50,567 nucleotides of DNA from a virus (taxonomy: Duplodnaviria; Caudoviricetes), in IMG/VR virus record IMGVR_UViG_3300044977_000044, positions 1-50,567 of that record. One strand, 5' to 3'. The position numbers and the translations under genes are program-made. Positions 17,701-28,624 of this stretch are shown here, piece after piece. The first letter of the stretch is position 1, and every line of letters begins with the position of its first letter. The notes beneath the pieces are model-generated. The model did not search any database. It was not told the DNA's origin and saw only the letters and a list, made by a program, of their open reading frames with translations.

Positions 17701-17900
17701 CGCCGTGGACCTTTCGTCGAATTCGGCGCGCCTTTAAACCCGCTTTCAACCCCGCCTCTAGCAGAGCTACGGCCGCTGGGGGCTTTTTTGCTGTCCTTTG
17801 CCGCGTTCAGCAAGTCGCCGGACGAGTTCTTGCTCGGGCTGATTTCGAGTTTATCGGTGATGGAACATACTTCCGAAGGATGCAATACTCCGTTGCTCAT
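17697..17900 (-). CDS. Hypothetical protein, last gene of the late arm
   Basis: AAGGAG RBS before the ATG; converges on the + arm. Confidence 0.5.
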   Translation of the reverse strand: MSNGVLHPSEVCSITDKLEISPSKNSSGDLLNAAKDSKKAPSGRSSARGGVESGFKGAPNSTKGPRR

Positions 17901-17991
17901 TTTGTTATTCTCCTTGGACCAAGTTTACTTGCTCTTTGTTAGCTAGACAAAGACGACACGGACGTGTATAAAGTATACGATCGTATCAAAG

Positions 17992-20205
17992 TTATTTTCC
18001 GCCGTGCTCCTTCATAAATTTATAAACCTCAAGAGCTTCACTAAACTCCGTCGTGGAATCCATCTTCATATCTTTCGCCATCTTCTTCAGCGCCGTGACA
18101 TACGTTTTACCTTCCGGCATCTTTGTTAATTCACCGTACACGCCTTCAAGAGCTGAAAGCGCAGCTTCTGGCGAAGCGCCTTGAGCCAATGGCTCGAAGG
18201 ACTTCGTCCCTGTCTCCGTTACCGTCGCTTTAGCGACTGGCGAAGCCTCGACCGGAGCTTTCACTGCTGCTTCGCTACGTGATTTCTGCTTACGCTGGCG
18301 CGTTTCGATCTTCTCCGCAAGCGCGGCTCTTCGGGCCTCTGTTGTTGCTGGATTCAGAATCTCCTTCAGGTCGGCAAGCTCCTTTTGGTACTGAGCCTTG
18401 TTCAACGCCGACTTTGATTCGTCGATCTTCTGCAATGTTGAATCGACAAGGTCAAAGTATTTCTTCATTTCCGGCGGAACACCGCTAACACCTTCCGCGA
18501 CTTTCGTCGTCGTAGCTGACGCTTTGGCTTGCGCTGGTGCACGGCCAAGTGCCTTGTCAGTTGCAGCCTGTGTAATTGGATCAGCAACCGGCGCTGCCTT
18601 TGGTACTGGTGCCGCTACAGGGGCCGAAGGCGCAGCCGGAGCAGGAGCCGCCGGAATCGGTCCCGCCCCAGCGCTCGCGCCTGGTGCCGCCGCACTCACC
18701 GGCGAGGGTCGAGGAGCTGCTGGAGTAGCTCCTCCGCCAGGACCGGCTTTCACACCACTTCGTGGCGGAGGTGTTGCCATCGAATCGCCACTTAAAATGT
18801 CTGCTACACGAGCCGCTGCTGCCGCGCGAAGCGATGCGCTTGGCAACTTGTTCCACAAGTACATCAAGCCGGCTGCGCCAAAGTAGCTTCCAAAGCCGGC
18901 TCCGCCCAGTCGTAATACACCATAAGCTAACAGCCCTGGGGCACCAGCTTGTAACATGCCTTTAAGCTTGTCTTGTAAACCGACTTTAGCGCTGGCCCTG
19001 GCCGCATTAGCGGCCTCGCGTGCGTCGATCAGCGCAGCATCTTGCTTGGAAAGCTGTCCCAGCCCAGGCACTTGTTTGTCAAGCGCATCTGCCATTGCAT
19101 GGCCAAGCTGGCGATTTAGGTTACGAACATACTCCGGATCGCCGGTCTCCCACCCACGATTCATTACCGCACGTTTCTTTGCCAACGCAGTTATTGGGTC
19201 TATGCCTTTGGCATAGTCGATTGGTTGTAGTGTTTCTTTACCTGTAAGCGGGTCTTTCGCCACGACGCCGGATGCTTGCATCTTCTCAGACTGCAAGCGA
19301 CGAACCGTCTCGACCTTACCAAGGTTCCGCGCCTTAGCCATAGCCGGGTCATAGACTGCATCTACGACTTTGTCCAAGCCGTTCACTACCGTGCCTTTGG
19401 ATTTCGCGTCTGTGACTAGCTTGTCAATCTGCGGTGTGATCCGCTCGATCAAACCTTGCGCTTTCTTGACAGCTTGGCTATAAGACCAAACCGGCCCTAC
19501 AAGACGGGCCATGTGACCGCCGGGATCGGTACCAGAAGCCTCTGGCTTTACGCCAAGCGCCTTGTCATAGGTCCTCTCCGCATACGTACCAAGACCTTTT
19601 ACAATGACTGGCTTGACCAACTTACCTACGACTTCAGTCGCCTTCGGCAGCCCAGCGTAAGTAGACATCTCCGATACAGCACCTACGGTTTGGGGCGTTA
19701 GCTTGGCGTAGCCTGGACCGGCCTCCTCTGCTTTCTTGGCCGCTCCGCCGAACATTGAATTTTCCAGGAACGAAAGTATCTGCCCGGCTACGCCCTCACC
19801 GCTTTCAGCGGATTTTTTCCGCGCCGCTTCGGCGGTAAGCACGCTCTGACCAATGTCAAGTACCGGATTCAGTAACAAGCGTCCGACAGGTCCAATAGCC
19901 GCATCCTGCTCACGGGACGTGTCCATTGTTGCGTGCGGCGTAAGCGTCTGCTTTATAGCACCACCAACGTTAGTTAACGCTCGTCCTACGCCAGAGACGG
20001 CTTCGCTTACATAGCCTGGCTTCTCCGTGCCACTGGCGCTAGCCGCAGGCTTCGCAACCGGCGGTTTCGGTTGCGAACTCTTCGAGACTTTGGCCTTGGC
20101 CTCGTCTGGCGACGCAGCCTGGGTCCTGTACCATTTCTGGTCCGGTCCCTGTACCTTGTACCACTTCGGCGTTGCCGCCTGTGGCGTTATTGTAGGCGTT
20201 TCCAT
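17992..20205 (-). CDS. Putative internal virion / DNA ejection protein
   Basis: 737 aa, Ala/Pro/Gly-rich, with a hydrophobic segment; located after the tail genes. Confidence 0.55.
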   Translation of the reverse strand: METPTITPQAATPKWYKVQGPDQKWYRTQAASPDEAKAKVSKSSQPKPPVAKPAASASGTEKPGYVSEAVSGVGRALTNVGGAIKQTLTPHATMDTSREQDAAIGPVGRLLLNPVLDIGQSVLTAEAARKKSAESGEGVAGQILSFLENSMFGGAAKKAEEAGPGYAKLTPQTVGAVSEMSTYAGLPKATEVVGKLVKPVIVKGLGTYAERTYDKALGVKPEASGTDPGGHMARLVGPVWSYSQAVKKAQGLIERITPQIDKLVTDAKSKGTVVNGLDKVVDAVYDPAMAKARNLGKVETVRRLQSEKMQASGVVAKDPLTGKETLQPIDYAKGIDPITALAKKRAVMNRGWETGDPEYVRNLNRQLGHAMADALDKQVPGLGQLSKQDAALIDAREAANAARASAKVGLQDKLKGMLQAGAPGLLAYGVLRLGGAGFGSYFGAAGLMYLWNKLPSASLRAAAAARVADILSGDSMATPPPRSGVKAGPGGGATPAAPRPSPVSAAAPGASAGAGPIPAAPAPAAPSAPVAAPVPKAAPVADPITQAATDKALGRAPAQAKASATTTKVAEGVSGVPPEMKKYFDLVDSTLQKIDESKSALNKAQYQKELADLKEILNPATTEARRAALAEKIETRQRKQKSRSEAAVKAPVEASPVAKATVTETGTKSFEPLAQGASPEAALSALEGVYGELTKMPEGKTYVTALKKMAKDMKMDSTTEFSEALEVYKFMKEHGGK

Positions 20206-20206
20206 G

Positions 20207-21475
20207 TTATTGTACTATGATCGGATCGTCTTCTGTTCCCTTACCAGCCGGTTCGCTTCCACCACCAGAACCGGACGCAGGCGCTGGCGCCTCTGTAATG
20301 TCCGGTATCGTCCCGAACTTCATCATCGTCTCACGTTTGGTTTCCACGAGCGACATCTGCTTTTGCAGAATATCCTGCTGCGCCTTAATACCCTCAATTT
20401 GATTCTGTTTCTGCTTCGCCTCGGCGGAGTTCCACCACGACGCGATCGGATGATCGTCGATTTCCTTCTGAAGCTTTCCGGCGTCCGTACCGAGGTTCTT
20501 GAACTGCGTAGACAGGTTGCTGTATTCCTTAGCTAACGATCCCAATATCTTATCGTCACCTGTGTTCTTGTTCTTGATCGCATCAACGCGCATTCGAGTC
20601 GTTTTTATCGCTGTATCTGCTTGTATTTGAGCAGCTTCGAGCGTCGTATGTGACTTTAGACGCTCCGCGTCGGCTCGCTGTTGTAACTGTGCTGAAAGCG
20701 CGGGAGTGACTGTCCCAGCAAGATCAGTCTGCTTTTGTTCATGCGCAGCGCGAGCAGCTTCGGCTTTAGCTCGCTCCTGTTCCGCCCCGGCACGAGCTAA
20801 CTCCGCTTGCATTCTTGCTTGCAGCTCCTGTTGCTTATATTTCTGTTCGTTCTCGGCCATGATGTCTTTGTACGCCTGCTGCGCGCCAAAGTACGCGGCG
20901 GAGCCAGGCTTGTTGATGTCTTTGAGAATTTTGCTGGCTTCTTTTGCCCCAAGCATTTCGTTCGCTTTTTGTTGCAAGAGCTTCTTCGCTTCGGGGTCCT
21001 GTGAGTTGTCTGCGGCAATGCCCATGCGCAGCATCGTGGCAACAACGCCGCGCGCCTCTTCAGTCTGCTTCTCATACTTATGCTTCGCAAGGTTTTCCCC
21101 AAACTGTCCCAGCGATTCCATCATGTTCGTCACAACGGCAGCGTTGCGCGCCTTCGGGTTTGGGAAGCTAAAGCCACTTGCGTAATTGGGACTCTGTGAG
21201 TGAGCCGCTTGCGGTAGCACTGGTTGCGCACCAGGTGAAGCCCCTGGCCCGCCAGGGATCGAAGGCGAAGCGCCTGCGGCAATAGAGCCTTGCGGAACCG
21301 GAGGTTTTGCCGCCTGCGGTACTTGAGGTGTAATGCCAGGCGTTCCGCCTCCGCCTGGCGCAGCTCCAGAAACGGCCTGTCCAGTACCAGAAAGCATCTT
21401 AGCCAAAGCCTGAAGAATCTGTTGCGGTTTCGATGGATCGTTCTGCGCTCCGCTAGGATCAATTGGTGGTGCCAT
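20207..21475 (-). CDS. Putative internal virion / ejection protein (coiled coil)
   Basis: Pro/Gly-rich N-terminus, long Q/A/E/K helices; synteny. Confidence 0.55.
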   Translation of the reverse strand: MAPPIDPSGAQNDPSKPQQILQALAKMLSGTGQAVSGAAPGGGGTPGITPQVPQAAKPPVPQGSIAAGASPSIPGGPGASPGAQPVLPQAAHSQSPNYASGFSFPNPKARNAAVVTNMMESLGQFGENLAKHKYEKQTEEARGVVATMLRMGIAADNSQDPEAKKLLQQKANEMLGAKEASKILKDINKPGSAAYFGAQQAYKDIMAENEQKYKQQELQARMQAELARAGAEQERAKAEAARAAHEQKQTDLAGTVTPALSAQLQQRADAERLKSHTTLEAAQIQADTAIKTTRMRVDAIKNKNTGDDKILGSLAKEYSNLSTQFKNLGTDAGKLQKEIDDHPIASWWNSAEAKQKQNQIEGIKAQQDILQKQMSLVETKRETMMKFGTIPDITEAPAPASGSGGGSEPAGKGTEDDPIIVQ

Positions 21476-21490
21476 AAAGTACCTCTTCTG

Positions 21491-22543
21491 TTACGGAAAT
21501 AATACAGGCCATAAATTGGCCAGCCCAGTAGCAGCTTGACCAGAACCGCCAAGTAACGCTCCCAAACCGCCCATGCCACTCGGCGTAGACGTTGTTGGCG
21601 GGTACTGGCCAGTCAGTCCTTGCATGTTTGAAATCAACGGATTGTATTGTGGCTGCGTTCGTAGGAACTCACTATACTGGTTCTGTATCGCCTGCTGGTC
21701 GAGCCCTTGTAGGTACTGTCCGGTGCCGGAGGCCAAGTTCGCCTCGGCCGAAATGGCTGGCATCTGTATATTCTGAATATTCGATTGTTGTAACTGACCC
21801 AGCAACGACTCCTGTTGCAACGCAGTCTGTTGACCGAAATTAGACATCGCCGTCCCAAACGGAGAGCCGGCAAGATTACCCATCGACCCAAATTGTTCAC
21901 GCAAGTTGGCAGTTTGCTGCGCGATTGGATCCTGCATCGCAGCGACCATTGACTGCCATTCTGGCAGCGCGCTAACGCCTTGCGATGCAATCGTGTTCAG
22001 TGTGTTACCGCCAGGTATACTCGAATTGTTGCCGCTAAGCATCTGCGTTAGCTGTTGTAGCAACGGATTCATGCCTGCGGTAAGCTGGCCCGGAGCTGTG
22101 CTCCCGCCAGTCGGCAACGGCGTGCCAAGATTGAACGGCGTCAGCCCCTGACCGATCTGGCTCTGTATCCAGTTTGCGAACTGGTTCCCAAGTCCCGGAT
22201 ACTGCTGTTGCACTACGTGGGAGCCAGGAATGTTCTGCGGGCCGGGACTGCCCACGTACTGCGACGGCGACGAAGAGGATGGTACTTGATACGGGTTACT
22301 CCCCGAAGGGGAAGACTCACCGAAATTGAACGTCGGAAACGGCGACGGTGACTTTACGCCACCAGAGGTGGGACTGATGTTAAATCCGCCAGGGTTGCCA
22401 CCGCCGGTCGGCGAGCTTCCAGCCGCAGGCATGGACGGCAGCGCCGAGAAATATTGGTTGCTTGCACCAGCTCCGCCAGGGACTGAACCATCTACGCTCA
22501 TGCTCGCCCTGTCGATCGGATTCGCCATTGGAAAGCTAGCCAT
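21491..22543 (-). CDS. Putative pilot / ejection protein
   Basis: G/Q/S/P-rich; REQFGSMGNLAGS and QQAIQNQYSEFLR...PQY patterns resemble podovirus ejection proteins. Confidence 0.55.
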   Translation of the reverse strand: MASFPMANPIDRASMSVDGSVPGGAGASNQYFSALPSMPAAGSSPTGGGNPGGFNISPTSGGVKSPSPFPTFNFGESSPSGSNPYQVPSSSSPSQYVGSPGPQNIPGSHVVQQQYPGLGNQFANWIQSQIGQGLTPFNLGTPLPTGGSTAPGQLTAGMNPLLQQLTQMLSGNNSSIPGGNTLNTIASQGVSALPEWQSMVAAMQDPIAQQTANLREQFGSMGNLAGSPFGTAMSNFGQQTALQQESLLGQLQQSNIQNIQMPAISAEANLASGTGQYLQGLDQQAIQNQYSEFLRTQPQYNPLISNMQGLTGQYPPTTSTPSGMGGLGALLGGSGQAATGLANLWPVLFP

Positions 22544-23349
22544 TACCGGCCTCCTCTCGTTCCGTAACCTATTGTATGCACGATGGGCCGAAGCGACTGT
22601 TGTTGTCGCCAGTTCTCTCGCCGTCTTCGACTCTTGATATTTTTAATCAAGCCGGGATTGCCTGGCTCCTTCGGATCGCCGTAAAGCATCGTGTGAATTT
22701 CATTGGCCCGCTCGTACTCAAGCAGCTCCATAAACCCACGCATCGCGGCGGCCCATTCAATTACTTCGTACCATTCGGCCGGTAACAAGACTGGCGTTGT
22801 GTTGAGTAGTCCCTGCGCATTGAAATAGTCAATGAACGGATGTCGGCGCAAGTACCTTGCCTGCACCTGATAGTTCATGCTCGGCGCAGGCGAAACGCCA
22901 AAATTGTAACCGAACCTGTACCACTCACTCGGCAACGAAGTGTACTGCGGGACTTTGTCAGAAGCCTGGTACGAAGTGTAGTTCAATCGCCGTCGATTAT
23001 TGTTCGTCGGATAGTCAATCCAGATTAGAATATCCAACGTCGATAAGTTATAATCCGCCATGTTCTGTTCATTGAATTGGCTAATGATATTCGTAAACGA
23101 ATATTCTTGAACCGCACCTGCGGCGATTGACGAACCTCCGGTTAGGTTGAACGTAGGACCAAGCACCTCAAGATCATCAAAGTCGTCACGATAGTCTGGA
23201 TTGCCAGAGATTTCAAGCAACGCATCGCGTATCCAGACATCCGCACGTGCGGTGTCCGTGGTCCGGTTCTCAACACGGAGTATAACTTCCGGTTCGAGAT
23301 TAGCGATCGTGACTATAACTGGTGCTACGAGCGGTAACAAAACTGGCAC
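22543..23349 (-). CDS. Putative head-tail adaptor (tail tubular protein A-like)
   Basis: PSEWY...VSPAP...Y...LPAEWYEVIEWAA pattern. Confidence 0.6.
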   Translation of the reverse strand: MPVLLPLVAPVIVTIANLEPEVILRVENRTTDTARADVWIRDALLEISGNPDYRDDFDDLEVLGPTFNLTGGSSIAAGAVQEYSFTNIISQFNEQNMADYNLSTLDILIWIDYPTNNNRRRLNYTSYQASDKVPQYTSLPSEWYRFGYNFGVSPAPSMNYQVQARYLRRHPFIDYFNAQGLLNTTPVLLPAEWYEVIEWAAAMRGFMELLEYERANEIHTMLYGDPKEPGNPGLIKNIKSRRRRENWRQQQSLRPIVHTIGYGTRGGR

Positions 23350-23358
23350 AAAAGTCTC

Positions 23359-25143
23359 CTAATCGCAGTGCGTTCCTGCGCCGAGCGTAACCTTAACAGT
23401 TACGGTACAGGTATTTGTACTTACCGGAGGTGTGATTGGCAGCACCGCTAAGAACACGTCAGTGCGGCCATTGCCATAATCCGTCCAGGTACAAGTACCG
23501 TCAGACTGCGTTCCGCCAAGCGTCTGGTTCCATGTTCCCGGTTCGGTCGCTCCGCTGGTACAGTTCGACGCGTTATTGAATGAATAATAGCCAAGTGCTC
23601 CGCCGCTGCCGCCTGATCCAGTATTACCTACCGTAGGTGTAATCATAGCACCTGCGGTGTAAGCGTGGTTCGCTTGCCAGTCAGGCAACGTAACACTACA
23701 GCCTACGTGTACGCCATCGATGCAACCAAGCTGGCCGAGGAAGTCTGGCGACCATAGTAGGTACTTGCCATCTTGTGAAAGGCTTCCTGTTAAGTAAGCA
23801 AGCTCCAAGCTTGCATAAGAGTGCATCGCTCGGTAAGTAACCGCACTGCCCACTGGCGTCGTCGTCTGTATAAGAACTTCGTTGTCCCAAGGATACGTTG
23901 TGGTGCCGTTTGCAGGACCGTAAGGTAACACAACGAACGGAGCAGTGTCAGTTAAATTATCATCGGCCCATGTCAAGTGCGATTCGTTTTGCTGCTCCGG
24001 CGATGGGTAACCAGACGTTAGTGACGGCAGTGACACGTTCGTGTTTGGTGCAAGTAATGTATTGATGAACATGCCGTTCACGTTGCCATTCGGTGGGTTC
24101 ATACCATCACATTTGTTGACCCAAGAATTGTAACCTACAGCAGAATGCCCACAGCTATTGGAGGCGTTAGCGTAAGTAACGGTCGTTGTGCCAACGTTCC
24201 AGAAATAATTCTGAATACTCGTGATGCACGTTCCGGTACATACACCTTGCTGTACCTTTACCCACGACCCGCCCTTTGCACCGCGCACGTTATGTATCGT
24301 GAAAGTAACGGCGCTCCCTGCTGTTATGGTACCTTGATCGACGCCAGCCTTGAAAACGTGCGCAGTGCCGGTGTTCCAATAAGAACAAGTACCAGAACGG
24401 TTCCATGCAATGACATAAACGTTACCGCTACTCTCGGAGCCTACCGTGGTACTGGCATTGACAAAGAACGTTTGGTCATCACCACTGACTGTGACTTGCG
24501 AACCGTTGGAATTAGAATTACCAGAAAGGGCCGAGATACTACACGCGGTACTTAAATCGACGACGAGAGTTCCGGTCGGGTTACAGGTAACGATTCCGCC
24601 AGCGCACGTCGTGTCGTATGAAAATACGCCAATATCATACTGCGGACACCCAGTGATTCCAGTACCGCACGCATGTGCGTGGTACATTATGTACGGTTGA
24701 GTATAACTGAAGAAAGCTGAGCCTACGCCGGGGCTAACAAAACTGGTACTGCGTGAAAACGTCGGCGGTGAAGTCGTCGAATTGAATGCCCATAACTGCT
24801 GCCAGTTCCCTGTCTGGCAAAGCGTGATACGGTTATTGTTCATCTCTATTGTATGAACTTCCGAACTGGCATCACACGAAGTAACGTAACCGCCATGAGC
24901 TACGCTTTGACCTCCGGTGGCGTTATCGGTTACACCCACGAAAGTGGTATAAGGGAAATCAGAAGGAGTAAACTGGTAATTCGACCTTCCAGTAAGGGCT
25001 CCGCCACCAGCGCAGCCAGAGCTTGACGGGCAAGGAATAGAACCGGGATACGACTGCGCCGTAAAGTCAGTACGGGCAGTGTAACTTTGGCCAAAGGACG
25101 CCGCTATCAAGAACAAGAACAATGCAAAGCATAAAATCTTCAT
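23359..25143 (-). CDS. Signal-peptide-bearing Cys-rich beta-propeller-like protein with carbohydrate-binding-like C-terminus
   Basis: MKILCFALFLFLIAASFG|Q; SLSQDGKYLLW blade motif; WQANHAYTAG...SGATEP..W...DGTCTW module. Confidence 0.65.
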   Translation of the reverse strand: MKILCFALFLFLIAASFGQSYTARTDFTAQSYPGSIPCPSSSGCAGGGALTGRSNYQFTPSDFPYTTFVGVTDNATGGQSVAHGGYVTSCDASSEVHTIEMNNNRITLCQTGNWQQLWAFNSTTSPPTFSRSTSFVSPGVGSAFFSYTQPYIMYHAHACGTGITGCPQYDIGVFSYDTTCAGGIVTCNPTGTLVVDLSTACSISALSGNSNSNGSQVTVSGDDQTFFVNASTTVGSESSGNVYVIAWNRSGTCSYWNTGTAHVFKAGVDQGTITAGSAVTFTIHNVRGAKGGSWVKVQQGVCTGTCITSIQNYFWNVGTTTVTYANASNSCGHSAVGYNSWVNKCDGMNPPNGNVNGMFINTLLAPNTNVSLPSLTSGYPSPEQQNESHLTWADDNLTDTAPFVVLPYGPANGTTTYPWDNEVLIQTTTPVGSAVTYRAMHSYASLELAYLTGSLSQDGKYLLWSPDFLGQLGCIDGVHVGCSVTLPDWQANHAYTAGAMITPTVGNTGSGGSGGALGYYSFNNASNCTSGATEPGTWNQTLGGTQSDGTCTWTDYGNGRTDVFLAVLPITPPVSTNTCTVTVKVTLGAGTHCD

Positions 25144-25146
25144 AAG

Positions 25147-28100
25147 TTACCTTACCGTATCCACCGAAAGCATCATGTCCCATGTCGAGGTGTGGGTATT
25201 GGTTACACCGTTGATTTGCCACTGAATTGTCTGCGCGTTGCCGACAAAAATGGAATGTGTAATTTCGCCTACTGAGGCTGCGCCGAGAGTCGTACACAAC
25301 GCAGCAGCGTTGTAATTTTGCGTTGTACCGGAGTTGTCCACATAGAAAACGTTCAGGTTGGCCGTATCGCCAGACGCAGTAGCGCGGCATGAAATTACGG
25401 CCTTGATGAAATATTCTTGCAACACGCCGGTACTGTTCGTTGTCGCTGTTACAGCAGCAGTCGATGCCGTAGGTGCTTGCACCGTTTTGTAAATTTGCGA
25501 GCCGCTGGCAGGGGCAATCAAAACATCGACTGTGCCGGGAGTGCCGGTAGACCCAGTCGCAGCAGAAAGTGCGTAGCCCACGCGCCGTGGCGAGTCGAAC
25601 GGCGAGCAGTCACCTTGCCCGTTAATGGCCGAAGCATTATTGGAGATTTCATAATACTGACCTGCGGTGCAGTTGCTAACGGTTACCGCGCCTCGATAAA
25701 TTCCTGCAACCTGAATCTGCGACGGACTGCCGATGTTAAAGCCAGAATAGACAATGCCAATCGCGCCGTAATAATCGGCCGCTGCATTGGTTCCGGGAAC
25801 TACCATGCGTACAGCGGTTGTGTTCGCCGGCAGAGTATTGGAACAATCCACGTTATCAAATGCTCGACAGGAGCGAACAATATAACCATTCTTGCTCAGC
25901 AACGAGACGCCAGACTCCATCGTTTGTACTGTGCGGCACAAGCCAGGAATGCCACTGGCAGGATCAGAGCCGCTAATGCACCCACCGTCACCTCCAGTTG
26001 CGCCCGTGGAGTTTGAGTCACCGCCTCCGGTAAACAAGTTCGCCCCGTTATTGGCTGCTGAACCACCGCCAGACCACGAGCCGCCTTTGAGCAGTACAGA
26101 ATTAAGTGCCAAACCAGGAGCGATCTGGTCCACTGGAATTGAAGCCGCTCCTGGGATTGTCGCCCACACGTTACCATTCGTTCGTATTTCAGTACCTTGT
26201 CGGATCGAAATATTAATCGAAGACGAACCACCATCGAGCGTAGCTGCTGCGCCCGCACAGGCGATGCCATACAACGAGGTTGATCCTGGTGGAGTGATCG
26301 AAATGAACTGGTTCCCAGCGCCAGGAATGTAAGTTACCTTAAACGAATAGCCCGGTGGATAACCATTGGCAAGACCTGGCGGTGGTAGGCACAACGTTGA
26401 ACCGGCGGTGTTATTCGCCATGACCAGCTTTTTGTCATCAGAAGATTGACATACGCCATTATTTGGCGATGAGCAGGTCGGTACGCCAGTGATACCAGCA
26501 CCTACGGTTGTTGTAGGCTGCGGCGTGTACGCGACGCTCTGATTGCCATTGTAAGTCAGAACGTAACCGTCAACCATGTGCGTAACGCCGTTCGACCCTT
26601 CGCATATATCCATGCGCGAGCCGTCGTAGAAGTATCGCGCCGTTGCACCGAGGCAGTTCTGTGGCAGCGTTTCCTGATTCGGCACGAACGGCACTTGAAA
26701 TACCGTGTCTTGTGTGACGTTCTCACCGGTGTATTCGGCTATACCTACGCCGGAATTGAGTATAGTAGATTCAGCGCCCACGCATGTTCCGGCTCCGCCA
26801 CACGCACCTGTGTTGATGATACCAGACTCATTGGCCCCGGTCTGCGTCCACGTCAACGTAGTAATCCCGGTCGAATCGTTAGTGCTAACGCTAGTTACAG
26901 GGAACAAGCCATTAAACGAAGTTGTACCTCCGGTTACGTTGTAAACGTTAACTAAAGTACCGACAAGTATGCTCAATAAGCCGTTGTTACCGTTAGCGGT
27001 AGTAAATGTAGTAACAACGTTGGAAACGCGCTGTACAGACGAGATATTCGTTTGCCAACCTGTGAACCGCTTCGCGGCCACTATTCGGCTAGACTGCAAC
27101 GCGACTTGGTCGATTATAAGGTCAACGCCGTTGGTACCGTTAAAGATAGGCGTAATAATGCTAGTGTTCTGTGTGTTCGGGCCGATGTAGTAACCAACGC
27201 CAGTAGTCACTACTTGTACACCGTCAAAGACGTTACCGTTAGAGAACGTTGCGCTATCACCAGTAACGGCAACGCCGATCTGTCCGCTACCACGGTTATC
27301 AAGGCCGTTCTCCATGGCTTTACCAAAGAAGTGGTTGCCACCGGAGTTGTACAGGCCAATGCCGACAGAACAGTTCTGTGCTTGGCTGTTAGCCGTGGTC
27401 TCAGAAGCGTTGCTCTGTCCAACAACGTGGTTCGTGTAACCAAGGTCGATGTCAACTGAACCAGGGATTATGTCTGTGTTACCAGCGGCAGCACAAGTGC
27501 CCATGCCACCATAGATGTAATTAGACGCAGTCTTGCCAGTAGTTTGGATACGGAACTTCGTATTCGCGGTAATGATATTATACAGGTGAATGAATTGGGT
27601 AAAGTTCGATCCACCGTCTAGTTCGATACACGCTCCAACGTAGTAGGCGTTGCAAGCAATATTGACGAGAGTCCCGTTATTGGTAGCAAGAACATGAACT
27701 CCGCCAAGACCGTTACCTGTAAGGTCTTTGAACCCAACGTTTGCGATCGTAAACCCAGCCTGGTTCGGAGAAGTTCCAGTTCCTACAGATATTCCATAAA
27801 TCGCGCCGCTAGTTTCGATCGTAGACGCCGAGCCAGTAACGCCAAGTGCGCCAGTGCCTACAATCGCAACGCCCTGTAATAATGCAGTTGCAATGGTACT
27901 TGTGACCTTAAAATCACCGGCAGGTAACGGTATTATACAACCAACGGCAGTCCCTGTCTGTGGACAGGCGTTGACCGCTGCTTGCAGCGCAGCAGTGTCA
28001 TCAGACGAGCCGTCACCTTTAAGGTTACTGACGCCCGGTAAACAATTGTAAGGCGCCGATGTACCGAAGGCACACGTCCAGCCTTGTGCTGTCGCACGGA

Positions 28101-28620
28101 TGTAATTAGAACCGGCAAGTGGCGTACCTTCAACAGTGCCTTGCACTGCCGTAAGGCAACCAGTGGCACCTACGGCTCCGCCACACGGCCCAGTAGAGCT
28201 GCCGCCACTAACGCCAATGGCAAAGTTCCAGCAACTTGCCAGTACATTCACGGCCGAGGCACAATACTGGTAAGTGCCGACAGGCAGCCAGAAGCCGAAG
28301 TTACCGCCCAAGTCTGGTGTGTTTCGGCAAATATTCGTTGTAGTTAAAGTTACTGGCGAACCGACAGGACAAGCCGTTAGGCCAGTCGCGTCTGTGTAAC
28401 CGGCCGTGGCAGTACATATACCAGAGGTCAAACAGTTTACTGTTCCACCCGGCGCTACATACAACGTAATCGTAGCGTTATTAAGCGGCGATGAAACAGT
28501 ACGTGACGTTCCAGCAATCGCTACAGGAATCTGCAATGGCGACGGATCGTAGCGAGTAGCCTGGCTTTCGGCCAGCGTCGCTAACGCCAGTAACACAACG
28601 ATAGTGATGAAGTTTTTCAT
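25147..28620 (-). CDS. Tailspike-like beta-helix (pectin lyase fold) protein with signal peptide
   Basis: MKNFITIVVLLALATLAES|Q; KGDGSSDDTAALQAAVNA...IIPLPAGDF beta-helix cap. Confidence 0.75.
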   Translation of the reverse strand: MKNFITIVVLLALATLAESQATRYDPSPLQIPVAIAGTSRTVSSPLNNATITLYVAPGGTVNCLTSGICTATAGYTDATGLTACPVGSPVTLTTTNICRNTPDLGGNFGFWLPVGTYQYCASAVNVLASCWNFAIGVSGGSSTGPCGGAVGATGCLTAVQGTVEGTPLAGSNYIRATAQGWTCAFGTSAPYNCLPGVSNLKGDGSSDDTAALQAAVNACPQTGTAVGCIIPLPAGDFKVTSTIATALLQGVAIVGTGALGVTGSASTIETSGAIYGISVGTGTSPNQAGFTIANVGFKDLTGNGLGGVHVLATNNGTLVNIACNAYYVGACIELDGGSNFTQFIHLYNIITANTKFRIQTTGKTASNYIYGGMGTCAAAGNTDIIPGSVDIDLGYTNHVVGQSNASETTANSQAQNCSVGIGLYNSGGNHFFGKAMENGLDNRGSGQIGVAVTGDSATFSNGNVFDGVQVVTTGVGYYIGPNTQNTSIITPIFNGTNGVDLIIDQVALQSSRIVAAKRFTGWQTNISSVQRVSNVVTTFTTANGNNGLLSILVGTLVNVYNVTGGTTSFNGLFPVTSVSTNDSTGITTLTWTQTGANESGIINTGACGGAGTCVGAESTILNSGVGIAEYTGENVTQDTVFQVPFVPNQETLPQNCLGATARYFYDGSRMDICEGSNGVTHMVDGYVLTYNGNQSVAYTPQPTTTVGAGITGVPTCSSPNNGVCQSSDDKKLVMANNTAGSTLCLPPPGLANGYPPGYSFKVTYIPGAGNQFISITPPGSTSLYGIACAGAAATLDGGSSSINISIRQGTEIRTNGNVWATIPGAASIPVDQIAPGLALNSVLLKGGSWSGGGSAANNGANLFTGGGDSNSTGATGGDGGCISGSDPASGIPGLCRTVQTMESGVSLLSKNGYIVRSCRAFDNVDCSNTLPANTTAVRMVVPGTNAAADYYGAIGIVYSGFNIGSPSQIQVAGIYRGAVTVSNCTAGQYYEISNNASAINGQGDCSPFDSPRRVGYALSAATGSTGTPGTVDVLIAPASGSQIYKTVQAPTASTAAVTATTNSTGVLQEYFIKAVISCRATASGDTANLNVFYVDNSGTTQNYNAAALCTTLGAASVGEITHSIFVGNAQTIQWQINGVTNTHTSTWDMMLSVDTVR

Positions 28621-28624
28621 AGCG

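Noticed and set aside
17750-17791. Terminator at the convergence of the two arms
   Set aside because: A T-run follows GGGGGC, but the stem is irregular and lies inside a plausible minus-strand ORF, so it is not well supported
17992-22543. Tape measure protein
   Set aside because: No tail tube, sheath or chaperone frameshift genes were seen; three mid-sized low-complexity genes fit podovirus ejection proteins better
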